Shown here piece by piece: positions 47,335-60,492 of a stretch of 64,000 nucleotides of DNA. Below the pieces are notes generated by a model, which worked only from the letters and a program-made list of their open reading frames with translations, ran no database searches and was not told the origin of the DNA. A program made the position numbers and the translations under genes. Position 1 is the stretch's first letter, and every line of letters begins with the position of its first letter. This DNA is from Leucoraja erinacea (Eukaryota): assembly GCF_028641065.1 (NCBI RefSeq), contig NC_073384.1, positions 17,174,001 through 17,238,000 of the forward strand, read 5' to 3'.

Positions 47335-48590
47335 GTACATGAGGCTGCTAAACAATTTTGGAGCCTATGGTATTATATGCAAGGGTACTGGCATGGATTG
47401 AAGATAGGCTGACTAGCAGAAGGCAAAGAGCGGGAATAAACGGACATTTTCTGAATAGTGGTGTTCTGCAGGAGTCGATGTTGGGTCCACTACTATTCAC
47501 GTTTTAAGTTACAGATATGGATGATAGAATTGATGGCTTTGTGGCCAAGTTTGCAGATGATACAAAGATAGGTTGAGGGGCAGGATGGCTGCAGAAGGTT
47601 TTGAACAGGTTAGAAGAGTGGGCAAAGAATTGGCAGATGGGCTACAGTATAGTAAAGTGTAGGGTCATGCATTTTTTCTAAATGGTGAGAGGATTCAGAA
47701 TTCAGAGATGCAAAGGGACTTGGGCATGATGGAGCAGAAAGACCTGCTCCATCATGGATAATTTGCAGATTGGCAAATGCATTGTTAGCATTCATTTGGG
47801 GTCAAGGAAAGAACGTTCACGTCTTGGCCCTGTTTTCACCAATCTTTCCACCACAACGCACAAGAAGCACATGAAGCGCAAGACAGATACCATTGTATGC
47901 AGATGCCGAGAAGTGTGTTCAGCTCTGGCTGAACAATTTCTAATCTTGTGTGTGGACTCGATAAGAAGAAGCATTCATTTTGAAGAACACTAGAATATAA
48001 AAACAAGGATGAAATGCTGAGGTTTTATAAGACACTTTATTTCGATCATTCTGAGCAGTTTTGGGCCGCACATCTGAGGAAGGATGTACTGGCATTGGAG
48101 CAGGTCCAGAGGAGGTTTACGAGAATGATCCCAGGGATAATTGGGTTGATGTATGGTGTGCATTTGAAGGTTCTGGGAATGTACTTACTGGAATTTAGAA
48201 GGATGATAGGAGATCTGATTAAAACCTACCGAATAATGAAAGAACTGAAGTGGATGTGAAAATATGTTTCCAGTAGTGGGTAGATCTAGGACTAGAGGGC
48301 ACAAACTCAGAATAAAAGGACACACCTCAAGAATTGATATGAGGAGAAATTTCTTTAGCCAAATGGTGGTGAATCTGTGGAATTCATTGTAACAGATGAC
48401 AGGGGACACCAAGTCATTGAGTATTTTTAAAGTGGAGCTTCATTATTTTTTATTTGTAATGTCATCAAAGGTTATGGGGAGAAGACAGAACAATGGTGTT
48501 GAGAGGGGAAAAAAAGTGCAGCCATGATGAGATGGTGAAGCAGAGTCAAAGGGTCGAATGGCCTTATTCTGCTCTTATGTTCCTATGGTC
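47335..48590 (+). mobile_element. Old CR1 3' fragment
   Basis: KFADDTK, LEEWAKNWQM, VQRRFTRMIPG and VVNLWNSL remnants plus CR1 3' UTR. Confidence 0.75.
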
Positions 48591-50264
48591 TTATCAGTGG
48601 AGACGGTAATGGAAGCTAGGGAATTCAAAGAAGAGAACAGAGATGATTTGAAACATCCACTTTACAAAAGAGGAGCTGTTGGCAGTCTTGAGGGGCAAAA
48701 AGGTAAATAAATCCGCTGAAGTGTCACAGTTATAAAATCATAGAGGTGTACAGCACAGAAAGACACCCTCTGGCACAACTTTTCTTGCTGATCAAGATCC
48801 AACTCTTAAGTGAATGCAACGGTCCATGTCTCATCATGCAAAACCCAGATAATACTTAGGCATGGGTTAACATCTGGCAAGCAACATTTGGGTCATGGAA
48901 ATATCAAGCCATGGCAATATCCACAAGAAGTTTAAATCACTTCCATTTGATAGTCAATGGAATCACTTTCACTGAGTCACCCACCGTCAACATCCTGGGG
49001 ACCTGGAACTGGCCACCAAGAACAGGTGAAGGACCGGATTTAATTGAATTGTATTGAATACAATTTTACTAGCCAAGTATGTATACATACAAGGAATTTG
49101 CCTTGGTGCTTTGCTTGCAAAAAGATAAAAACACGAAATATACACGATATCCAAGGCGACAGTACTGGAACCAAGTGTGCAAGAGGCAAGGAGCAGATGG
49201 TGCCAGGTCGGGAAAGAGATATGAAGGGTAAACCAAGGGAGATGAGGTGGATATGTGTTGATGATGGGCAGTTGGAAGCAGTTGGAAGGAGGGTGATGAG
49301 TCTCAGTAAAGGAGGGAGGGGTGTTGGAAAAAGTGAAGAAAAGATAAGAGATCCTATGTGGACCATTGGGATTGGAAGAACAGGGGGCCATAAGGTCATC
49401 AATGATAGGAGTAGAATTAAGCCATTTGGCCCATTAAGTCTACTCCACCATCCAATCATGGCTGTTCTATTGCTCTCTCCTAACTCCATTCTCCTGCCTT
49501 CTCCCCATAATCCCTGGCACCCACACTAATCAAGAATCTATCTATCTCTGCCTTCAAAATATCCATTAACTTGGCCATCACAGCCTTCTGTGGCAGTGAA
49601 TTCCACAGGGTGTGGGTTATTGAATGGTAACATTGAGGCTGAAGGATTGGATTTACTCATAAAACATAGAACAAAGCACGAGAATAGGTCCTTTGCCGCA
49701 CAATGTCTGTGCCAAACATGATGCCAAGGCCAACACTGCCAGTACATAATCCATATCCCTCCATTCCCTGCATATCCATGTGCCTATCCAAAAGTCTCAT
49801 AAATTCCCAGTACCAGAAAGCAGAATGTTATTGCGTTGGGGCCCAGGAAGTTGGGGGGAAGGTTAGTGGCCGTGATGGATGGCATCTGCAGTCTTCCTCA
49901 CTCAGGTCAATGAGGAAGGTGATGAGAGAATAGGTGAAGTTTCCTACATTTCCAGTCATCAAAAAGAGCTGAGAGATGCAGAAATGTTATGGAATATTCT
50001 ATCACATTGAAAAAGTATCAAGCTAATGATAGGATTTTCAATGAACCACAAATCAACAATTTTTAAATCTTTTTTTTTTTTTTAATGTGTTTCCATCCAA
50101 ACGCTATATTGATAATGCTCGTGGGTGAAAGCAAGAGTGTGTTGGGGTTCAGTGTGTGGGACACTGGATAACCTCTTCCCTGAGCCCTGGGTCATCAGAG
50201 GGCGGGACTGGTTGTTGGGTGATGTGCGCCCTCCATATTCTTCCCACCTTGCACATTGGACCCT

Positions 50265-50396
<132 letters not shown>

Positions 50397-51607
50397 TCAC
50401 AGAGGAGAAGGAATAAAGTCAGGTTAAAATTAGGGGAAATGTGGCATGTTGCTGTGTGAGGATATCTGCCGCCTACCCATCTTAACAGAGATCTTTTCCA
50501 GCATCCAATATCCAGGAGACAGGGTCTCGACTAGAATCTCCAGGTTTCCCGGGTTCTCAGGGCAAAGTCCGATGTTTTCCTGGTAGATTCCTTGTGGGAT
50601 ATTCCAGTCACATCAACGAGTGATGTGGAATGGAGAAAGCCTTGGACGTTCTGTATTATAACCTGCCCGATAGTTCCAGAATTCATTGGGAATGAAGTAT
50701 TGATCTCCTGGACCCTACTGCCAGCAATATTAGGGAGCACATTCATGAGGCGTTTTTGTTACATTTACAAACATAATAGACTTGTTATATGGAGCACAGA
50801 AAGAGCCCATTTAGCCCAGCCAGCAGCAGTATTTATGCTCAGCATGTAACTGCATTGACTAAGCCTACCATTTCCTCCCTGTTCGCATATATGCATCTAA
50901 TTTTCTAGTGCAGATATATGTTTGCTTTTGGCATTTCCCACAATGGCGAGTTCCACTTTCCAGTCATCTAGTGGTTTCCTCTTCCACTTCCAAATATGTG
51001 CTCCTTTCAAAGTCACAGAATCATAGTTATAAGGCAGAGATACAGGCCCTTTGGCCCAACTATCCATACTGACCAACTTGTTTCCGTGAGCTGGACCCAT
51101 TTGCTTGTGTTTGGCCCGTGTCCCTTGAAACCCTTCCTATCCATGAACCTATCCAAGTGCCTTTTAAACATTGTGAATATATCCATCCCTACCACTTCTT
51201 CTGGTAGCTCGTGCCATGTGCCCACTGTAGAAACAAGGAACTGCAGATGCTGGCTTACCAAGGAAAGAACAAAATGCTGGAGTAACTCAGCGGATCAAGC
51301 AGCATTCCAGGCGACCAAGGATATGTGGCATTTTGGGTCGGAACCCTTCTTCAGAATGATTGCAGGAGTGTGGGGTGGGGGGGGGGGGGGGGGGGTGGTC
51401 AGGGGGAGAGAAAGCTGGAAGAGTACTCTGCAAGTGAAAATGTTGCTCCTCAGGTCCCCTTTATACCCATGTCTCACTTTATTAAACGTATTCTCACCTT
51501 AAAACGGTTGTATGTCCGCCTAGTTCATGGATCTCCTACTCTGGGAAAAGGCAGTGAGAATTCAAGATTCTGTCGGGTCACCCCTCCACCTCCAGGGAGA
51601 ACAGAAC

Positions 51608-51701
51608 AGCCCCGGCCCCAGCCCCAGCCCCACCCCGGCCCCGGCCCCAGCCCCAGCTCCAGCCCCGGCCCCAGCCCCAGCCCCAGCTCCAGCCCCGGCC
51701 C
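51608..51701. repeat. (CCCAGC/CCCGGC)n hexamer repeat in the last CHRNA2 intron
   Basis: Tandem hexamers running into the assembly gap. Confidence 0.9.
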
Positions 51702-51832
51702 NNNNNNNNNNNNNNNNNNNNNNNNNNNNNNNNNNNNNNNNNNNNNNNNNNNNNNNNNNNNNNNNNNNNNNNNNNNNNNNNNNNNNNNNNNNNNNNNNNN
51801 NNNNNNNNNNNNNNNNNNNNNNNNNNNNNNNN
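51702..51832. other. Assembly gap (N run)
   Basis: 131 Ns. Confidence 1.
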
Positions 51833-54216
51833 AGAATCTCTGCCATAATCCTATCCTATCCTAGCACCAGCCCCAGAAAAGGATCAAGCCAAAGTTCCTC
51901 AGTGGTTGAGTTCTGAGCAGTATCTCATGAACCTGCTACAGATTCCCCTACTCTTTAGAGCACTGGATCATCTGATGAGTTGTTTTGCCACAGGTCTATC
52001 CAGAGATGGGAACCTTTCCCTGACTGAACTGGAATAGGTGACTATGTGTGCTGCCAGAACCAATCGTGGAGGGACACAGCACATAAACAGGACCTTGGCC
52101 CACTCTTGAGTCCATGCTGATCATTTACATGAATTTACACAACCATTTACACTAATCCTACATTAAACCCACTTTTTTTTATTCTCCCCAAATTACCATC
52201 AACTCTTCCCAAGCTCTACCACATGCCTAGACACTACGGCAATTCATAGCAGAAAATTATCCCACTGATCTGCACGTCTTTGGGATGTGGGAGGAAACCA
52301 TAGCACCCAGAAGGAACACACGTGGTCACAATGAGTGTCTGATTGAACCTAGATTGCTGGTACTGTGAGGCAGTGGCTCTCCCCTCTGTTCCACAGAACT
52401 ACTCAACATAGAGGCACTCCACAGCGACACTTAAATCGTTATGCGATGACTCAGAGAAGTTTGATGAGAGGATGTGAGGAATGTCCCCATTGTACCTCCC
52501 TGATACTCAGCACATAGACCAGGTTCAGTGAATGCAAACAAGGCCTTTGTGGGATGATGTTGTTGGAGATGGGTGTGAGGGAGGAAATTCAGTCACTTTG
52601 TTGTGCTCTGAGAGGCTATGTTACTGTCAGAAGTAAACTATTGATAGGGTTCTAGGAAGCAGAGTTTTGGGTGCAAAGTCACTAATAAGCTGAAAGTTAC
52701 ATGAAAACTTGTTAGGAATATGGTATTAATTGCATGAAAATATTAACTACATTAACGTGGCATCTCATGGTCAGAGAAAAGGGTCATGAGACAGTGTTCT
52801 TTGACATTAAAAACATGTAAACAAGCCCATTGGCCCACCAAGTCCACGCTGGCCAGCGATCCCCATTCATTAACACTATCCTACACACAAGGGACAATTT
52901 ACAATATTTACTAAAGCTAATTTAGCTACAAACCTGTACGTCTTTTAAGTGAGGGAGGAAACCAAAGCACCCGGGGAAAACCCACGCAGGTGATGGGGAG
53001 AACATACAAACTCTGTACTGAAAGTACCCGTAGTCAGGATTGAACCAGGTTCTCAGGCATTGTACACAATGGTGCAACCCTGTGCCAACACAGGGTGCAC
53101 AAAGACCACTTGAGTTAAGCAAGATATGAGATGGGTCATTACTACATTACCCACAAAGGGGGAGTTGGTCGTGGGATCTGGCCGATTGGGATTTATTCAT
53201 CAATGGGTTGATATAATTAGAATAGTGACAGACTGCGAGCCCTTGAAAAGACTGCGAGCCCAGACTGCGAACTTGTATGCAAAGGTTAAGTCGGCAGCTA
53301 CTGTGAGTTAGATCCTCTATCTTTGTGTCAGTTTAACACCTTGATGAATGGAGAAGATGAAGGCCATTGTGGCCTATGGTTTTTAAGATCATGTGATAGG
53401 AGTAGAATTTGGCCCATCAAGTCTACTCCGCCATTCAATCATGGCTGCTCTATCTCTCCCTCCTAACCCCATTCTGCTGCCTTCTCCCCATAACCTCCGA
53501 CACCTGAACTAATCAAGAATCTATCTATGCCTTAAATATTTCCACTGACTTTGCCTCCACGGCCTTCTGTGGCAAAGAATTCCACAGATTCACCATCCTC
53601 TGACTAAAGAATTGATTCCTGTTGATTACTGTTCCTGCCCAACTGACCCAACCCAGTGTGAGGGAGTCTCCACATTTACTATGGCCCATCTGTCTGTTTT
53701 GTATCATTACAGCAGAGTGATTTTGTAGTTATAATTACTTTGTGAACTGACAATACTGCTCTGTTCCAAGAAGTTTAAAAAGCAATCAATATCTTAATAT
53801 GCAAGCCCATCTATTAGTCAATTTTCTCCATGGGCCAGGAAGCCTCCTAAGCACCTGCCTTGCTCCTTCCCCACTCCAGCCCCTAAACCTGATCAACTGC
53901 AAACCCCACAGCCACTCCGCAATCACCCAGCCATATGTTTCTGTCCTTCACCAAACCATGCACCTCCTGCCCCAGTCTACCTGACTCTGCTACCTCTGGT
54001 CTCTACCTCATCCTCCAACCACCACAATGTTCCCAGCCATTATCTCTTCCTCCACTCAAACCCATGCCGATGTCCCAAACTTCCCATCACCTCCCTGTTT
54101 GCCCTACCCTGACCCTCTCACCACATAATCCTCCCAGAGCCTCATGCTCCTGTTGCCCCCCCACCAACTCTCCCAGCTCCCCCGCCAAACCTGCTCCCCA
54201 CCCACCCCATACCCAC

Positions 54217-55240
54217 CGAGAAGTCTGCGTCCTCCGCCCGCAGGTGGTTGGCGATGTAGTTCACGCCCTCCAGCGCCCGGAGGAAGTTGGCAGACAGGAG
54301 CGGGTTGGACTCGGCCTCCATGCTCCCACTGGGACAGCTCCTCCAGCCATGGTCTGCTCTCCCTCCCGGGCACATGCCAGTCTCCAGGTGGCTCTGGCAG
54401 CCACGGGCGTGCAGGCCCAGCGGCGACCTCGCCTGGCACAACGCCAAGCTGGTGCTGGAGTCCCTGAGCTCGGACCGTGGGCATCCCTGGCAGGGCCCCT
54501 GCAGCCCGAGGTGGTTGGCGATGGTCTCCGCCTGGCGTCCCGGTCTCCTCATGAAGAGCCAGCGGGGAATAAATTCCAGGAACACCCTACGGACCCACCG
54601 GTGCATCTTGTGGGTGTTGGGCGAACGGTGGTGGACGTTGAGGACGAAGACTGTGATGACAATGGAGAGGGTGACGAAGATCATGGTGAAGAGCAGGTAC
54701 TCGCCAATTAAAGGGATGACCAGGGAGGTGGAGGGAATGATCTCCGTGATCAGCAGCAGGAAGACAGTAAGAGAGAGCAGGACCGAGATACAAAGGGTGA
54801 TCTTCTCCCCACAGCCCGAGGGGAGGTAGAAGACCAGGACGGTGAGGCAGGAGATGAGAAGGCAGGGGATGATCAGGTTAATTGTGTAGAAGAGCGGGAG
54901 CCTCCTAATGATGAAGGAGTACGTAATATCGACGTAGATTTCGTAGCAACAGTCGTACTTCTTGCTGTTGTAGATGCCCACAGCATTGACAATGGCCCAC
55001 TCGCCACTCTCCCAGTAGTCCTTCAGGTCTACGTTCCTGTCCATGTTCCGCAGATCAATCTTGGACTTGTCGTGGGTCCAGGAGCCGAACTTCATCTTGC
55101 AGTTCTGCTGGTCGAAGGGGAAGAAGGTGACGTCGATGTTGCAGGAGCTCTTGTAGATGGCTGGGGGAATCCACTGGACCCGTCCGGCGGAGAAGAGGTG
55201 AGCCTTGGTCATGTGTGTCACGGCAAACTCACCATCCGCA
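54217..55240 (-). CDS. CHRNA2: Nicotinic acetylcholine receptor alpha-2, large exon (Cys-loop, loop C, M1-M3, cytoplasmic loop)
   Basis: 1024 nt, phase 2-0. Cys-loop [15 protein letters not shown], vicinal CC in loop C, and M1-M3. [32 protein letters not shown] and YNSKKYDCC are alpha-2-like rather than alpha-4-like. Confidence 0.93.
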
Positions 55241-57021
55241 CTGCAACCAGGAAACACAGGGCAGCACTCCCACCACACCGCACAAGGAGAAAACAGGTGC
55301 TTACACTTGCAATGGATTGCCTCATCCTGGCTCAGTCTAAACCAGCTGTCTTCCAACATTAGTGAGAGGTTAACTTCAAACTGATTAAACTGAGTCTAAG
55401 CTAGTGGAGTCCCTGGGATAACCATTGTCCTGCTATCAGCACAGGCACGAGGAGCAGGACTTTCATAACTAAAGTTAAGTTTTTTAATAGCTATGAGTTT
55501 ATATATTCTACTGCAAGCTAAAAATGCTAAAGGCTGCATGTTACATTGGTTAATACCATATCATTACACAAGTGTCAATAGAAACAATGTCAATGACAAC
55601 CCGCTGTCAAACTGACTGACTATGTTCACAAGTTCATGTCAGAGGAATAGAATTAGGTCATTCGGCCCATCGAATCTACTCCACCATTCAATCATGGTTG
55701 ATCTATCTTTCCTTCGCAACTCCATTCTCCTGCTTTCTCCTCATAACCTTTGACGCCTTAAATAATCAAGAATCTGTCAAACTCTGTTTAAAAAATACCC
55801 AATGATGTGACCGCCACAGTCTTCTGTTCTTAAGAGACAATGGTTCTTGTTACTGTGGGGAGGTTACACGGAAATCTTTTTTTCCCTTACACTGTTTTTT
55901 TCCAAAACAACCTTTTCCGGCTTATCAATTTTCAACGGGTGATGGGTTGTATATTTGACTAAGATACTGTATAGTATATGAGGGTTTTTTCTTTTTTCTT
56001 GTTTTCTCTCTTTTTTGTATGGCTTTGTAAATACTTGAATAGTGTATAAATGTAAATAATTTGGTGTACATATAGCTGCCGGTGTACATATGGTGTACAT
56101 ATAGCTGCAAAATTTGTATAAGATAATTATAAGCAGTTGAATAAGGGGTGGGAATTAATAAGCCTTGGCTTCTTCCTGCTCCTTTTCGGACACATACGAT
56201 TTCATTTATTTATAGATATTGTTTATGACACTTTATAAATATTCTTGTTTTGTTTTTTGTATGCTATTTCACACTTGCTTTTTATTATTTTATTCTGTTC
56301 GAAATAATTAAATAAATAAAGTGAATTTTAAATGGCCGTTAGTTCCTGATCAAAATTGTATTATAACTAATTGAGCCCACCTGATACAAGTTGTATTCCC
56401 TAATTCATCATGCGTAATATATAATTAGCACTGTTTAGAGATACCATGGAAACAGACACTTTGGCCCATTGAGTCCATGCTGACCATCAATTACCCATTC
56501 ACACTACTTCTATGTTATCTTACTTTCTCATCCAATCCCTACTCAATAGGCGTAATTTATATAGGTCAATTAACCTACAATTCCGTGTGTCTTTGTGTTT
56601 AGAAGGAACCCCATGTGGTCACAGGGAGAAGCTGCAAACCTTGTGCAGACAGCACCCGAGGTCAGGATCAAACCCAGGTCTCCAGCACTGTGAGACAGCA
56701 GCTCTACCAGCTGCCCCACCGTGCCGCCCTCTGCTTATGCCATCCATAATGGGAACACACATTGTAGCAAAACCTACAAAAGCCCTTAACTTACAATATG
56801 CTCAATGGGATAGTGTTGAGAAAGTTTTACTTTGTATGTAACACACAATTTTGTGCCAGGGTAGTGCTGAGGGAGCCTTCCTCACGATCCTGGCAGATTT
56901 GGGATCAATGGTCTAAACCTTGCTCATGTTGATTGCCAATTGCCTGATTTGTAGTTTTAATGTCTGTGCTGATTTATCCTCTGAAATTGGACACGTTGAT
57001 CAGCAGGTTAGTGAGACTTAC

Positions 57022-57131
57022 TTGTTGTACAGAACAATGTCGGGTATCCAGATCATCTCAGATGGGACACGGATTGACGTAATGTTATCAAACTCCCCAG
57101 GGTCCCATGTGAGTTTGTAATCAAACCATTC
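57022..57131 (-). CDS. CHRNA2: Nicotinic acetylcholine receptor alpha-2, 110-nt exon (loop A)
   Basis: [36 protein letters not shown](N) between aag| and |gtaagt; phase 0-2. Confidence 0.94.
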
Positions 57132-58108
57132 CTTGAACAGACACAAGAATTAGAAATAGAAGATACAGTTTAGTTTAATTTTTAGTTTAGAGATACGGCA
57201 TGGAAACTGAGTCAGTGTTGCCCAACGATCACCAGTGCACTAGCACTATCCTACATTATAGGGGCAATTATTTATTTACCAAAGACAATTAAACTATAAA
57301 CCTGTGTGACTTTGGAGTGTGGGGGTACCCAGAGAAAACCCATGTGGTCACAGGGAGAACTGCAAACATCGTACAGACAGCATCAGTGGTCAAGATCAAA
57401 ACCTGGAATTGTAAGGCAGCAACTCTTCCACTGCACCACCCTGCCGCATACTATTACACTGTTCTAAGGAGACATTGATCTAAAAAGGGTTATACATATA
57501 GGTATCAAACCAAAACATTGTTACTTTCATCTAAGAAGGACACAAGGTGCCAAGATGTTCCTTGAAAGCTTGGGACATATTTGGAATATTCTGTGCAGTT
57601 ATGGTCCCATCAGGATGTGGAAGCTTTGGAGAGGGTTGATAAGATGTTTACTGACATGGTTAGAGGGCAAAGTTTTAAGGTCAGACAGTGAAATTTTAAG
57701 AGAGATGTGCGGTGCAAGTTTTTTTCCCCCACAGAGTGCGGTGGGTGCCTATCACACATTGACAGGGAAGGTGGTGGAAGCAGATATGAAGTGGCATTTT
57801 AGGTAGGCACATGGATAAGCAGGAAATGGAGAGCATGCAGATGAGATTAATTTAACCTGACATCATGTTCAGCACAGGCAATGTAGACTGAAGAACATCA
57901 TCCTGTGCTGTACTGTTCTATGTTCTGCAGGTGTGGGCTTGGGCTAAACTATTGGTACTTAGCACAACCATGAGAGATTGACATTGATGCCCATTTTGCC
58001 AGCTCATAAAAACTATAGGTGGAGAACAAGGAGACCTAACCCAGCAGCTTGTGATCCTGGGATGGCCCTGTCCTGAGGTGCAAACTGGCAGAGAATGGAA
58101 ACACCCAC

Positions 58109-58153
58109 CTGCTTGAGCCATACATTGGTCGTCATCATCTGGTTTTTCTCATC
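58109..58153 (-). CDS. CHRNA2: Nicotinic acetylcholine receptor alpha-2, 45-nt exon
   Basis: DEKNQMMTTNVWLKQ between tag| and |gtgggt; characteristic 45-nt neuronal nAChR exon. Confidence 0.93.
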
Positions 58154-60228
58154 CTAGAGGAGGTGTCACAGAGATAACAATCAGTCTCAGAGTTATGGTC
58201 AACCAGAAATAAATCAGCTGATGTGTTATCGCTGCCAAGACCAGCATTTACCGCCTGTCCCTAACTGCCCTTAAACCTTGTGATAAAACATGCCCAACAT
58301 CATATTTCTGATAGTTGGAGGGTCCCGACCAGTAACTTCATCCACCCCTTTTTCTACAGAGATGCTGAGTTACTCACTTTGTTTAGTTTATTTAGAGATA
58401 TAAGGCGGAAACAGACCTTCCAGCCCACCGAGTCCGGGCCGACCAGCGATCCCTGTACACTAACATGTACAAACCTGTACGTCTTTCGAGTGCGGGAGGA
58501 AACCGGAGCACCTGGGGAAAACCCACACGGTCACGGGAAGAACATACAAACTTCGTACAGACAGCACTTGTAGTCAAAATCGAACCCGGGTCTCTGGCGC
58601 TGTAATGCAGCAACTCTACCACAGCACCACCATGCCACCCACTTTGTGTCTGTTCCCGATACAGAGCCTCAACTCACAGATCTGGTGCAGAGGAGATTTC
58701 CGGCAAACAGAAGGTTCTAGGATAGACACCAAAGTGCTGGAGTAACTCAGCGGGTCAGGCAGCATCTATGGAGAAAAAGGATGGGTGACGCCGTGGGTCG
58801 GAGCTCTTCTTCCGTTGCCTCCGCCTCCTTCTTCTGTGGGAAGGAGTCCTCATTGCCCAGTGATGACCACTTCTCCTGTCTCCAACATTCCCCCTACTCT
58901 TGGACTCTCCCAGATGACCATCAACCCTTTCTGGACCTTTATTTCTCTAACTTGCTGACGAGACATCATTTTCTTTTAAAGCAGTCTGAAGAAGGGTCAC
59001 GACCTGAAACCTCGCCATTCTTTTTTCTCCGGAGATGCTGCCCGCCGAGCCGTTGAGTTACTCTAGCACCTTGTGATTATCTTTGCCACAAACCGGCGTC
59101 TGCAATTCTTTGTTTCTACAATAGTTTCCAGGGTGTGCTCAGAACCGACTTTCGAGGGAGCTGCTCTCTATGGAATATTGTCATGTATTTAAATGATTTG
59201 CATGAGAATGAACAAACCATAGTTAGTATGTTTTCAGATCACCCTAAAATAGCTGGTGTCGTAGATGATGGGGATTATACAGAATTATAAAGAAATGGGT
59301 AACTTGGCTGACGAATTGCAATTAGAGTTTAATTCAGGTGAGTACCAGATATTGCATTTGGAGATGTCAGGTCAGGGTAGAAATTTCCAGTAGATGGCGT
59401 TGTTGGGTAGAGGGGCCGAGGAAGTGCATAGCTCCCTGAAAGTGGCATTGCAGGTAGATAGGGTGATCAAGAAAGTATTTGGCATGCTGGCTTTCATCAA
59501 GCCAGCAAATTGAATAGAGAGGTTGGGATGTTATGCTGCTATTCTATAAGACATTAGTGAGGCTGCACTTGGAGTATTGTGTATCGCTTGGTTACCCAGC
59601 TGTATGAAAGTGCCTTTTAGCTGGAAAGAGTGCAGTGAATCTTCAGCGCAATGTTGCCAGGACTCAAGGGACCTGAAAGAGGTTGGGCAGGCTGAGATTT
59701 TAATCCTGTAGGTGCCTGAGCAATGACATTATAGAAATATAATGTCACCCCTTGGAGGGTGGGGTGAGGGGGGGGGGGGGCTGAGTGATCACTCACTCCG
59801 TCATATAGAGTCTTGTCAGAGGAGGCACTGGCTGAGTCTTCAACACTCTCCTCCCCACCTTCTGCTCCAACTCTTCATGACCCTTCTCCCCTGAGTTTTT
59901 AAGAAGGAACTGCAGATGTTGGAAAATCGAAGGTAGACAAAAAGGCTGGAGAAACTCAGCAGGTGCAGCAGCATCTATGGAGCGAAGGAAATGGGCGACG
60001 TTTCGGCCCGAAACGTTGCCTATTTCCATCGCTCCAAAGATGCTGCTGCACCCGCTGAGTTTCTCCAGCCTTTTTGTGTGACCGTTCTCCCCTGATCCCT
60101 GCATTCTCCCCCAACTTGCCCATTCCTCCTGGCACCCTCAACTCTCCCTCACCCCAACCTTACAACATGCACTCCACCCCCTCACGTTTCTCCCATGCTG
60201 CCCTGTCTGGTCCCTCAGGACAGGGGAG

Positions 60229-60492
60229 GCATGGTGGCGCAGCGGTAAAGTTGCTGCCTTACAGCGTCAGAGACCCAGGTTCGATCCTGACTATGGGCGC
60301 TGTGTGTACGGAGTTTGTACATTCTCCCCGTGACCACACGCTCTGGCTTCCTCCCACACCTCAAAGATCCACAGGCTTGTAGGTTAATTGACTTTTGTAA
60401 AAAATCTAAATTGTCCCGAGTGTGCACGGGCGGGGATCGCAGTCAAGCGAAGAGCCCGTTTCCTCGCTGTATCTCTAAACTAAACTAAACTA
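60229..60492 (+). mobile_element. V-SINE (HE1-like tRNA-derived SINE), representative copy
   Basis: A box TGGCGCAGCGG, B box GGTTCGATCC, V-domain ttctccccgtg..ttcctcccaca and (taaac)n tail. Other copies at about 7520-7827(-), 22410-22805, 29389-29655(-), 37155-37290(-), 41000-41285(+), 45480-45743(+), 52820-53080(-), 56432-56728(-), 57168-57447(-), 58380-58640(-) and 61605-61900(-). Confidence 0.85.

Noticed and set aside
54142-55359. 405-aa ORF as a single-exon gene
   Set aside because: Only 54217-55240 is exon; the ends are intronic read-through past the splice sites.
53935-55362. Plus-strand ORFs of 258, 180, 107 and 96 aa
   Set aside because: Antisense shadows of the GC-rich CHRNA2 exon, with no protein motifs.
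60229-60300. tRNA genes
   Set aside because: The A/B boxes belong to SINE heads that continue into the V-domain and tail; no complete cloverleaf was seen.
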